Origin: Octopus bimaculoides
Taxonomy: Eukaryota
NCBI RefSeq assembly: GCF_001194135.2
Contig: NC_068987.1
Location: forward strand, 3,047,234-3,111,233
Length of the DNA stretch: 64,000 nucleotides
Reading direction: 5' to 3'
In this document: positions 1 through 10,314 of the stretch, piece by piece
How positions within the stretch are numbered: the stretch's first letter is position 1
Layout: each line of letters opens with the position of its first letter
Program-made: the position numbers and the translations under genes
Notes under the pieces: generated by a model
The model's input: only the letters and a program-made list of their open reading frames with translations
Database searches by the model: none
What the model was told of the DNA's origin: nothing

Positions 1-45
1 GGAACCCAATGCAAGGGTTTCTGCTCTCATTAATTACATACATAA

Positions 46-247
46 AGGTGGTGAGCTGGCAGAATTGTTAGCACGCCAGGAAAAAATGCTTCGCAGCATT
101 TTGTCCATCTTCACTTTCTGAGTTCAAATTCTGCTGAGGCGACTTTGCCTTTCATCCTTTCGGGGTCGATTAAGTAAGTACCAGTGAAACACGGGCCAAT
201 GTAATTGACTAGTCCCCTCCCCACAAAAATCCAGGCCTTGTGCTTAT
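46..247 (+). mobile_element. tRNA-derived SINE family A
   Basis: A-box-like TGGCAGAATTGTTAG, B-box-like GAGTTCAAATTC, conserved body GCCTTTCATCCTTTCGGGGTCGATTAAGTAAGTACCAG and (ATT)n tail. A truncated head follows at about 343-395. Further copies at 1262, 7521(-), 11039(-), 11200, 15908, 58710(-) and 59040. Confidence 0.85.
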
Positions 248-284
248 AGTAGAAAGCATTATTATTATTGTTATTATTATTATT

Positions 285-343
<59 letters not shown>

Positions 344-443
344 GGTAGTGAGCTGGCAGAATCATTAGCATGCCGGGCAAAATGCTAAGTGGTATTTCAT
401 TTATATTATTTAGGTTATTTACATTTGATGGATATTTGTCCTA

Positions 444-1195
444 TGGTGGTTATTTTGTAATAGTTTTCTAGCTGTATAAGGCCTCAACCACTTTCGATAC
501 GTTGCATATATAACCTTTCTATGTCAGATTTTGGGTTGTGCATTCTAAATCCTGTCCTTATTTTTCTTGTTTTCCTGTCTATTTTGATTAGTTCATTTAG
601 AGTCCAGTTAAAACTATTGTAGCTGTAACTTATAACTGCGACAGCTAGACTGTTGATACCTATTATTTTGTTTGTCGCATTGAGCTCTGTTTTCAGTATT
701 AATCTAACTCATTTATAGTATTCTTTTCTTATCTTCTCTTTCATTAGTTGTGTGTTGTATCATATCTAGTTCATTGATTACTAATTATTTGTATGTCTGG
801 CTTTGGTCTAAATCATTTGTTTTATCTAGTGTGATGTTGCTACTCTTAACTAATTTTCCTCTTTTCAAGGTTGCTTTGGCACATTTTTCTAAGTTAAATT
901 TCATGTTTATTTCTCTGTACTGTCAATAGTAATGTTTCCAGCTGTTTATCATTTGTAGCGTATAGTTTTAGGTGATCCATATATAAGAGGGGGCTGATTG
1001 TTTTGCCATAACAGTTGTATCCACATCCAGTTCTGTTTATCATGTCAGATAAAGGTGGCAGTGCCAAGCAGAAAAGGAGTGGAGAGAGCATGTCTCCCTG
1101 GAATATTACTCTTCTAATGGGGATGGCTTTGGTTTTTATGAGTCCCTCTTTTGTCTGAAGCTGTAGCACGGCCTGCCATTTATTCATGGAATGTT
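444..1195 (-). mobile_element. R4/Dong-clade non-LTR retrotransposon, degenerate reverse transcriptase fragment
   Basis: ORF 894-1187 contains IFQGDMLSPLLFCLAL...PLS and LLYMDHLKLYA (YMDD motif decayed). Downstream frames give LEKCAKATLKRGKL, VRLILKTELNATNKIIGINSLAV, DRKTRK and HNPKSDIERLY...GLIQLE, typical of R4/Dong RT and thumb; stops and frameshifts present. Confidence 0.88.
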
Positions 1196-1207
1196 TTATA
1201 TTTTATT

Positions 1208-1260
<53 letters not shown>

Positions 1261-1261
1261 T

Positions 1262-1470
1262 AAGGCCGTGAGCTGGCAGAATTGTTAGCACACCGAGTGA
1301 AATGCTTTGCAGTATTTCATGTCTTCATATTCTGAGTTCAAATCCTGCCAAGGTCGACTTTGCCTTTTATCTTTTCGGCATCAATGAAATAAATACCAGT
1401 TGCGTACTGAGGTTGATCTAACTGACTAGCTTCCTCTCCCAAAATGACTGGCCTTGTGCCAAAATTTGAA
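1262..1470 (+). mobile_element. SINE family A copy
   Basis: Same head and body as 46-247, preceded by a (CAT)n tract. Confidence 0.85.
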
Positions 1471-1568
1471 ACCATTGAAACATACATAACTGGAACCTGG
1501 TGCAGCCTCCTGGCTTGCCAGTCCTCAGTCAAACCATCCAACCCATGCTAGCATGATAATGATGATCA

Positions 1569-1605
<37 letters not shown>

Positions 1606-2039
1606 GCTTCTTTCAGTTTCCATCTACCAAATCCACTCACATGCCTTGATTGACACTATTTTCCTTAGAAGAAATCTCAAAACAGCTTTCATTAAACCTC
1701 ATGTAATAATTGTATTAATTACTGATTTATATCTTAAAATCGTTCTTTATTATTTGTCATTTTAATGTTGTGCTACTTATTAAATTTGAGCTGTATTGTT
1801 AACATTGTCTAATGAATATCAAACCTTACGGTCTATTTGATGGCAGGAATGAGCTAATGTACGGCATAAATATTATATTTGATCACGTGTGCAAGAGTGG
1901 CTGTGTGGTAAGTAGCTTGCTTCCCAACCACATGGTTCCGGGTTCAGTCCCACTGCATGGCAGTTTCAGCAAGTGAGTATATGTGTGTGTGTGTGTACAA
2001 GAGAACTATGTGAAACTTTACGTATACATGTAAAATAAA

Positions 2040-2245
2040 GTAAATATTAAAAATAACCAGAATTCTTGTCCGGTACCCAATAGATCCCAAAATCTAATCA
2101 GTTTGTGCCAGTTGCAAGGCCAAGCATCCCCGAAAGTTTCATCCAAATCCATTCAACAGTTCTTGAGATATCTTGTCCACAGACAAACAAACAAACAAAT
2201 GTGACTGAAAACAATACCTCTGCCTTTGCTAAGGTGGAGGTAATA
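2040..2245 (+). mobile_element. Probable non-autonomous DNA element end (HINE/Helentron-like)
   Basis: (CAAA)n microsatellite followed by terminal hairpin ACCTCTGCCTT-TGCT-AAGGTGGAGGT (2216-2241), consistent with CpG decay of ACCTCCGCC..GGCGGAGGT. The superfamily is inferred from architecture only. Confidence 0.45.
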
Positions 2246-2514
2246 ATAATGGGGTGCTAAGGTGCACCACATTCCATTGGAAAAGTGTAAAAGAAAGGAG
2301 AGGAATCAGCAAATGCCAAGAAAGAGAGAAATGATAACCAAAGTAGATTCATAGAATACAAGATGAAAGACGTAAAAAGCCAAAGGAAAGATAAAGAAGA
2401 GCCATGAAGAGGGGGAAAGGGTGCATGGAGAGGTCAGGGGGAGTAGGGGTGGAGAATTTCCAGATGCAATGTCCTGACAGTTAGCAACAATGATATACAT
2501 ACATACATATATAC

Positions 2515-2778
2515 ATTGGAGCATTAGGTTTTGTTGGTAGATGCTTAAAGGAGAATCTGGATAAACTGGGATTTTCAGAAAGAGAAATCGACCGGTTGAT
2601 TCGTACATTACAAGTGCAATCTGTGAGTGGAACCGGAAGAATATGCAAGACTTTTCTCAAGTTCCAAATGTGAATTTGTCTGTGTTAACAACTACATCCC
2701 AAAGATGGAGCCTTGTAACTTTGTTGGAAACCGGCTCCCTCCTCAGTGGAAGATTTATAATAATTAGAAAATAGAAGA
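2515..2778 (+). mobile_element. 5'-truncated RLE-type non-LTR retrotransposon (C-terminus plus 3' UTR)
   Basis: Open frame 2515-2673, IGALGFVGRCLKENLDKLGFSEREIDRLIRTLQVQSVSGTGRICKTFLKFQM*, fits the GALG...LQ....GT.RI..FL C-terminus of restriction-like endonuclease elements. Flanked on both sides by (TACA)n. Confidence 0.7.
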
Positions 2779-3067
2779 GACATACATACATGCATACACA
2801 CACTCATACATACATGTGTGTGGTGTGTGTATCTGTGTGTATGCATGTGTGTGTGTGAGTGTAGTAAAACTTATAACACCTTTGTGTGAAAACTTGTCCC
2901 TCTTGCGTTTTTTTCTTGTTTTTCTTCATGCATCATATATACTTACAGATACATACATATATACATACATGTGTGTGTGTGTGTATTATATAAATTATAT
3001 ATATATTGAGTGGCTGGCAGGCAGACAGAGTATGTTGGGACTTACAGCTGGGAGGTAGAAAAAATCA

Positions 3068-3590
3068 GTGTGCGCATGTGTGTGTTGTTCATTTTGTGTG
3101 CGTGCATGTGTGTTGTTCATTTTCTGTGTGTGTGTGTGTGTTGTTCATTTTGTGTGCGTGCGTGTGTGTTGTTCATTTTCTGTGTGTGTGTGTGTGTTGT
3201 TCATTTTGTGTGCGTGCGTGTGTGTTGTTCATTTTCTNNNNNNNNNNNNNNNNNNNNNNNNNNNNNNNNNATGTGTGTTGTTCATTTTCTGTGTGTGTGT
3301 GTGTGTTGTTCATTTTGTGTGCGTGCGTGTGTGTTGTTCATTTTCTCTGTGTGTGTGTGTGTTGTTCATTTTGTGTGCGTGCGTGTGTGTTGTTCATTTT
3401 GTGTGTGTGTTGTTCATTTTGTGTGCATGCGTGTGTGTTGTTCATTTTGTGTGTGTGTGTGTGTTGTTCATTTTCTCTGTGTGTGTGTGTTGTTCATTTT
3501 CTCTGTGTGTGTGTGTTGTTCATTTTGTGTGCGTGCGCGTGTGTGTGTGTGTTGTTCATTTTGTGTGTGTGCGTGTGTGTGTGTGTGTGT
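3068..3590. repeat. Compound minisatellite: fixed core TGTTGTTCATTTT separated by variable (GT)n/GCGT spacers
   Basis: More than 15 directly visible units; contains an N gap at 3238-3270. Confidence 0.9.
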
Positions 3591-4599
3591 GCCTATTCTT
3601 TGCCAGTGTAGACTGAACTTAGTCTGTTTCCTGTATTTAACACAGTGACACACTGTTGTGGGGTAGGAGGAGGAGGAAGGAGAGTGGGAGGAGGAGGAGG
3701 TCGTGAGAGAGAGATATATGTAGAGAGAGGGAGAGTGTCTCAGCGTTCTGCTCCTCCACTTGCACTATTTCAGCTGATTTCCACATCCGTGAAAGGCTAC
3801 TACCATCAAACAAATCAATTTTCTCGCCTAACATTCTCACTCTTTACATCTTTTCTTCCTATTTTCTTCTTGTTTTGTGGATTTATCAATCAATTGTTCC
3901 AAAAATTACTCTTTCATTCATAATTCCACTTTGCTATAAGCATTCTAGCTCATTCATGAAATGCCCTTGATTACATAATTAGTTCATGCTTGTGTACATG
4001 TGATAGATGATCCGTGCAAGTTTGACGATGACCTAGCAAGTGACCCTGAAAATAAATACATAAGTAAAATAAATAAATCGATAAAGAGATAAAGAGATAA
4101 AAAAGAAAAGAAAGAAAGAAAGAAAGAAAGAAAAACAGAAGAGAAAAATTCCTAAGGTGTCTGTCCACTGGTAAATGATGAAGAGAATGGCTTCAGCCAT
4201 TGAGAACCTCAGAAGGGCAACACGTCCCTTCTAGGGAACACATCTCTGGAAGGGACACATCCCTAGAGGGGCCACATCTTTACAGGGAATCAGACAATCA
4301 CAACTGCTCCTGCCTTATACAGCCTCTTCAGTACACATGGAGGTACCAACGTATCAATGTTCCATCGTTGTAGATGTGTGGTACCTTGGCTGTTGTTAAG
4401 GAGAGATCCACCATTTGTGGCGCCAAGAAGTTCCACTCACCAGGAATCAAAAAAGACCTCGACTGATGTTGCAACACTTTAACAGGGAACACTTAGTTAC
4501 GTGGTGGGAGGCACTCAACCCAAGATTTCTGCCATCTGTCTTACATCTTCTGCGTGCCTCTAGGTGCTGCAAGTTCTCTGCAACCCAACGGGAGGTACA

Positions 4600-4631
<32 letters not shown>

Positions 4632-5133
4632 GGTGGTGGTATGTATGTTTGTATGAAGGTGGTGGTGGTGCTGCTGCTGATAAAGATGATACATGTACAT
4701 GTAATGAGAATGATGATACTGGTGATGATGGTGATGATGCATGTGTGTATGAAGCTGGTGAGTCATTGCATTGCCATTCACAGTTTCTTGACTCTACTTC
4801 AAGAGAAGAAACTTTAAGCTGAAACACAACAAATCATGACTGTTGTACAAAAATATGTTTACTCTACAACATGAATTGAGCACTCTTTCTCTCATTTGTG
4901 ACACTACACACACACACATTTTGTTCAGATACATGTCACTGTCCCATCTGAGTTATTTCCCTTTGCCCATTTTTGTTTAAATTATGCAAATTAGCAAAGC
5001 CATAAATAGTGGGTTCTACTCATTTGATGTGAGTGTAAGTCCTTTGGCTGCTGGAAGTAAGGGTTGGACAGGTGTTGGGCTGATGATGGCTATTGAGGCA
5101 GAAACACATGTCCATGACTGTCATCTTATCTCC

Positions 5134-5400
5134 GAACAACAAAAGAAACAAATAGAGAAATGAGACAGACAACATAAAGAACAATACCTTCATCAGTTGT
5201 TCGTTTGAAACGTGGAGTAGATAGAACAGGGAACAACTGGTGAAGGGATTGTTCTTTATGCTACCTGTCTCGTTTCTCTATTTGTTTTTTTTTTTTGTTC
5301 AGAAAAAAGTTCGTTTTCTATGTTTTTTTTTAATGTTCACGTTTTCCATTTTGTTCATGCTTTTATGACGTCCTGTACCCATTTATGCTTGTATATATAC
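5134..5400. mobile_element. Inverted-repeat pair of a Penelope-terminus-like repeat
   Basis: Arms 5134-5202 and 5231-5300 are reverse complements and carry CTGATGAAGG (-) and CTGGTGAAGG (+). The sequence is homologous to 20120-20265. Confidence 0.55.
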
Positions 5401-5426
5401 ATATATATGTAGATATGTGCATATAT

Positions 5427-5930
5427 NNNNNNNNNNNNNNNNNNNNNNNNNNNNNNNNNNNNNNNNNNNNNNNNNNNNNNNNNNNNNNNNNNNNNNNNNN
5501 NNNNNNNNNNNNNNNNNNNNNNNNNNNNNNNNNNNNNNNNNNNNNNNNNNNNNNNNNNNNNNNNNNNNNNNNNNNNNNNNNNNNNNNNNNNNNNNNNNNN
5601 NNNNNNNNNNNNNNNNNNNNNNNNNNNNNNNNNNNNNNNNNNNNNNNNNNNNNNNNNNNNNNNNNNNNNNNNNNNNNNNNNNNNNNNNNNNNNNNNNNNN
5701 NNNNNNNNNNNNNNNNNNNNNNNNNNNNNNNNNNNNNNNNNNNNNNNNNNNNNNNNNNNNNNNNNNNNNNNNNNNNNNNNNNNNNNNNNNNNNNNNNNNN
5801 NNNNNNNNNNNNNNNNNNNNNNNNNNNNNNNNNNNNNNNNNNNNNNNNNNNNNNNNNNNNNNNNNNNNNNNNNNNNNNNNNNNNNNNNNNNNNNNNNNNN
5901 NNNNNNNNNNNNNNNNNNNNNNNNNNNNNN
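5427..5930. other. Assembly gap (N run)
   Basis: Other N runs at 3238-3270, 15461-15729, 16431-16906 and 55596-55621; several abut (TA)n. Confidence 1.
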
Positions 5931-6359
5931 NTATATATATATATATATATATATGGATATGTATATAGAGCGTGTGTGTGTGTGTTCATTCATGTCTGTC
6001 TAATCCATGCTAGATGGTTTAAAGAAATACAATCCTTTATTTAATATATTCACACTGCAAATTTTGTGAGTAATCACGGAGTAGATGATTTAACTAGAAA
6101 TAATCAATACCAGAAGATTCTATAACAAAGATATCAGAAAGCTAACTACCCAGGGCAATAAGTACCATTAACAATAGGTACTTATGCTAAGGGTACATAG
6201 CAAAAGGTACTGTATCAATAAGTACCACTGACTACAGGTTGCCAGAGAATAGCCACCAATAATATTTAGAACTGAGGAGATTAAATAAGTTATTGGAAAA
6301 TATTTATAATCAGACTAGGTCAACCCATAACCGCTATGGCCGGGAATAGAGTCAGCTTA

Positions 6360-6540
6360 GTGACAATAGACTGTGATTGTATGACACTAGTAATTGTGTG
6401 TAGGTGTATAAAGTATGTGTGAAATGACTGTGTGTAACCGTGTAGTGACTGTATATGATGGTGTATGACTGTAGTGAGCGTGTGTGATGGTGTATGACTA
6501 TATAGTGAATGTGTGTAATTGTATGACTGTGTAGCATGCC
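6360..6540. repeat. Degenerate TG-rich minisatellite
   Basis: Recurrent TGATGGTGTATGACT(G/A)TAGTGA units. Confidence 0.6.
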
Positions 6541-7520
6541 TATGTAAGGCCGTAGGGATTGCACACATGATCAACCAAAGGTGGTGTACGTGGGCGAATA
6601 CTTCTACGGCTGATGGTGTATATGTATTTAAGTCTGTGTATGTGCTTGTGTGTGTGTGTGTGTGTGTGCTTGTAAAATAATATAATAAGCCCATGTAAGT
6701 TTACAATGCTTTAATTTAAAATAATTGTTCATCAGACAAAACAAAAGTCCAGAAAGCAGACCGTTGAAGCATGTATTGAAATGAAAGGATTAGAAAATGA
6801 CAAACAACGGCTTTAGATCAGCTTTTGTTTGATTTAGGTTAATTTTCCACAATGAATGCCGTTTGTGCTCTACACTGCACTCACATGATAAACAAGTTAT
6901 ATTACAAATGGGATCCTGTGTGAAATTGTTTTCTTTCTACTTTTCTCAGCCCTGAGTTTGCTAGGTTCAGAGGCAGCCATATCATTTTAAATATTTTCAG
7001 TCATTTAAATTGTCCAGATACAGACAAAAGACATATTGTGATGGAGGGTGTATGAAACAAATAGTTTACATGCCACATCTTAAAAAGGATTTTTTAAAAA
7101 TCATCTGATTACGGAGTGATTTAATTATTTAATATCTGACAAGGATGGATTTTGGGTTAAATACATCTTAAATCTTTCTATTTTGGTTCGCTGAGCTGGC
7201 TGACACCCATAATATGCAACTCACCCTCAGGGTCCCCATCAAATTACAATTATGCAAATAAGAATTAATAGATATTATTAGCAGAAATGTAGGACATGTG
7301 AAGAGTTTGGTTGATAGTTTGACAAGTTCTGTTGTGATGACGACTCTACAAACTAACCAAACACTCAGGAACCAAATTTTGGTGGAGCAATGGAAACCCT
7401 TTGAATATTCTCCTGAAAAACTTCATCGCTAAAATGGACAAAGCATAGAAATATTTTTGAACTGAAACATTGCTTTTCCATTATTGGATTTATCTGATTT
7501 GATTGATGACAAGAATTTGA

Positions 7521-7665
7521 CTGGTATTTTGTTTTATCGACCCTGAAGAGATGGAAAGCAAAACTGGCTTTGGTGGGATTTGAACTCAGAACATGACAAA
7601 CCAGAAGAAATGCTGCAAAACATTTTATCAGATGTATGAATGATTCTGCCAGCTTGTCACCTTCA
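7521..7665 (-). mobile_element. SINE family A copy (diverged)
   Basis: Reverse complement of the family A head and body (CTGGTATTT...ATCGACCC...TTTGAACTCAGAAC...GATTCTGCCAGCT). Confidence 0.75.
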
Positions 7666-8299
7666 GTAAAATATAGTACCAGTTAAATACTGGGGTTCAT
7701 TTAATACTCTTGTAAAAGCAACCTTCATGTGAATGGAAATATTAAGACTATTTGCCTTTTGTTTTAATCATGTGACTTATTAACATTTCAGTCATGTGAC
7801 TTGTTTGCATTTCAGTCATGTGACTTGACAGTGTTTTAACAAAGAGATTTATTTTCATTCTAAACACAATTTTTATAAATTTCAACTTCCTTCTTGCATT
7901 TTAATGTTGTTATTATTACATTTGACCTTTTCAACAATCTTTACTCAGAGACATTGACCGAACATAATGTCACATATTCTCCTCAATGAGTTAACATTTA
8001 CGAGATTTAATCTTGTTAATAAACCGTTTTATATCTATTGAATCACAGAATCTCCACAAAACATCGAAGAGAAATGAAACAAATGTATGAGATTACATTT
8101 GGGAGGAAGAATGGTTCCATTCCAGTTGGATATTACTTGACACAAGATTTCTTTTGGTACTTGTCACTGTTGTTGTTGTTGTTTCAATGCTGTCTGGACA
8201 GACCCAGGATCAGACATTCCAATTATGACAAACCTCACTTTTGAGCAGATGCTATATTCTTCAATTTTGTTTTTTATGTCTATCTTCACCTCTGGTCAT

Positions 8300-8480
8300 T
8301 TTGGTAACAACTAAAATAGTACGATCACAAGTACAAGCAACTGAAATGGGGTTCCTGCTCAGAGAGATATCTGGAATGATATTTCTCGATAGGGTGCATG
8401 GCTCAAAGATCAGGGTGTCCCTTCGGATTGACCTGCCACTTCTCCACATTGAGGGGTCACAGATTTGGTGCTATAGATAT
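8300..8480 (+). mobile_element. RTE-clade LINE fragment, post-RT domain
   Basis: RSQVQATEMGFLLREISGMIFLDRVHGSKIRVSLRIDLPLLHIEGSQIWCY matches the RTE pattern VQAAEMxFLRRIxG...DRVR...IRxSL...LLxIExSQLRW. Confidence 0.75.
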
Positions 8481-8515
8481 ATTAGGTTGGCAACTAAGTT
8501 GCCGCCTTTTTTTTT
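8480..8515 (+). mobile_element. Isolated mariner-type terminal inverted repeat
   Basis: TATTAGGTTGGCAACTAAGTT resembles mariner TIRs beginning TA-TTAGGTTGG; no partner end found. Confidence 0.45.
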
Positions 8516-8542
8516 TAATTTAAATTTTTTAATTTGATAAGC

Positions 8543-8790
8543 ATCATCATCATCATCATCATCATCATTTAACGTCCGTTTTCCATGCTGGCATGGGTTG
8601 GACGGTTTGACTGGGGTCTGGGAATCCAGGAGGCTGCACCAGGCCCCAGTCTGATCTGGCACTGTTTCTACAGCGGGATGCCCTTCCTAATGCCAACCAG
8701 TCTGAGAGTGTAGTGGGCGCTTTTTACGTGCCACCAACACAGGGGCCAGAGGAGCTGGCATCAACCACGATCAGATGGTGTTTTTTACAT
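8543..8790 (-). mobile_element. SINE family C (AGGAAGGGCATCC central motif; GGACGTTAAA(TGA)n tail)
   Basis: Reverse strand reads TTGGCATTAGGAAGGGCATCC...CCCATGCCAGCATGGAAAACGGACGTTAAA(TGA)n. The motif resembles the Nin/Deu SINE domain. Many more copies at about 1490, 9080, 13750, 15229, 22050, 27820, 28320, 28790, 29570, 33740, 36820, 37040, 37830, 40560, 44105, 46900, 49445, 54075 and 61690. Confidence 0.85.
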
Positions 8791-8822
8791 GCCACCGGAA
8801 TGGGGGGATCACAACTACAATT

Positions 8823-8990
8823 AGGCACAGGTGTGATTATGTGGTTAAGAAGCTTCTTTTCCAAATATATGGTCTCTGGGTTCAATCCCACCGTGTGACA
8901 CCTTAGGCAAGTGTCTTCTACTCTAGCCCCAAGTCAACTAAAGCCTTGTGAGGAGATTTGGTAGACGGAAACTGAAAGAAGCCTGTCGTG
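8823..8990 (+). mobile_element. SINE family B (CORE-like), 5' half
   Basis: tRNA-like head GTGTGATTATGTGGTTAAGAAG...GGGTTCAATCCC, CORE-like ACCTTAGGCAAGTGTCTT, ends GAAACTGAAAGAAGCCTGTCG before a microsatellite. Confidence 0.85.
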
Positions 8991-9229
8991 TGTGTGTGTG
9001 TGGATGGGTGATTGGGGTTTCAGTCTGTCCTGGTGAACTCCATCAATTCTACACAATGTATCAGCTTGACCTGCTAGAAAAACCAGCCAAATCTGTTATT
9101 GGCTCTTCTTTCTCTTTATGCGAATCTTGGGTCTATAGAGTTTCCGTCAAAACATTTGACCCATGTTAACATGGAACAAGGACATTAAAGGACGACCATG
9201 ACAACAATGATGATGCTGATGATGATGAT

Positions 9230-9990
9230 GACCTCCCCCTCTCTCTCTCTCTCTCTCTCCTGGCCAGACCATTAGTTTATACATCTTTGTATCTAGATTC
9301 CTTCCTACCTACTTCCCTCCCTCCATACTTACCTACGAACTATTTATTGACCTGCCTTCCCCTCTCTCTCTCCCTCTCTCTCTCCCTCCCTACCTGCCTC
9401 CCTACCTCACATTTACAAACCCACCCTCTTATCTACCAACCTACATATCTACCTGTCAATCAACTAACCAACGCCCAACCAACCTACTTACTTGCATAAA
9501 TAATTACCTCTCTCTGTCTCTCTCTCCCGCTCTCTCTCTCCCACTCTCGCTCTCCCGATCTTTCTCTATCTGTCTATCTATCTATCTCCCCAACCAGTAA
9601 CTCTATCTCCCTGTCCTCTCTCTCTCTCTCTCTCTCCCGATCTTTCTCTATCTGTCTATCTATCTATCTCACCAACCAATCACTATCTATCTGTCTCACA
9701 CTTTCTACTTATATGTCTAGTTCTCTCTACCTATCTATCTTATTCTCTCTACATACCTGTTTCTCTCTCCCCCTTTCCCTCTTTCCCCTCTCTCTCTATC
9801 TATCTATCTATCTATCTCCCTATCTCTCTATCTATCTCTCTATCTATCTATCTATCTATCTATCTACCTACCTACCTTCCTATTTGTCTGTCTATTTATC
9901 AATGTGTGTGTGTGTGCGTGAGTGTGAGAGAGAGAGAGAGAGTGTGTGTGTGTGTGTATTTGTGTGTGTATGAGGGTGTGTATGTATGTG
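9230..9990. repeat. Pyrimidine-rich (CT)n/(CTAT)n/(CTAC)n low-complexity field
   Basis: Directly visible; includes a ~60-bp local duplication (about 9549 and 9632). Confidence 0.9.
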
Positions 9991-10314
9991 TGTAGTTGAC
10001 TACTTAACATATTAAAATTAATCCCGTAATTGTGTAATAAGCAGCAAATCTATAAAAGCCAGATTTAAATATTTAACACCGTCAATGTATACTTAGAATG
10101 TAACATGGGGGAACTCTGTGACTTCCCTCCCCCACCGCACCCCACCCCGGAATAATTCTCACCCATGTAATTCTGATCATGTGAACAATGTTAATTAAAA
10201 TCTTCAGGCAATAATAATTAGGATATCAATATCTCTAACGTTTTTTTCAACTAATTAAATGTAACCTGAATGGTTTAATACAAAGAGTTTTTGGAGACCA
10301 GGGCAGAGGGTTAA

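Noticed and set aside
257-342. (ATT)n-(AAT)n perfect palindrome
   Set aside because: Explained by a SINE tail abutting an opposite-sense trinucleotide tract; a common simple-repeat configuration.
3068-3590. CRISPR-like repeat-spacer array
   Set aside because: The repeat is only 13 bp, the spacers are (GT)n microsatellite, the context is eukaryotic and there are no cas genes.
4170-4580. GC-richer segment with short ACACATC repeats as an exon or LTR
   Set aside because: No recognisable motif, termini or second copy; cannot be supported.
4447-4827. His/Pro/Thr-rich ORFs, and similar IYIY/CVCV/LSLS ORFs throughout
   Set aside because: These are translations of (CAT)n, (CAC)n, (TA)n, (GT)n and (CT)n microsatellites or of N gaps.
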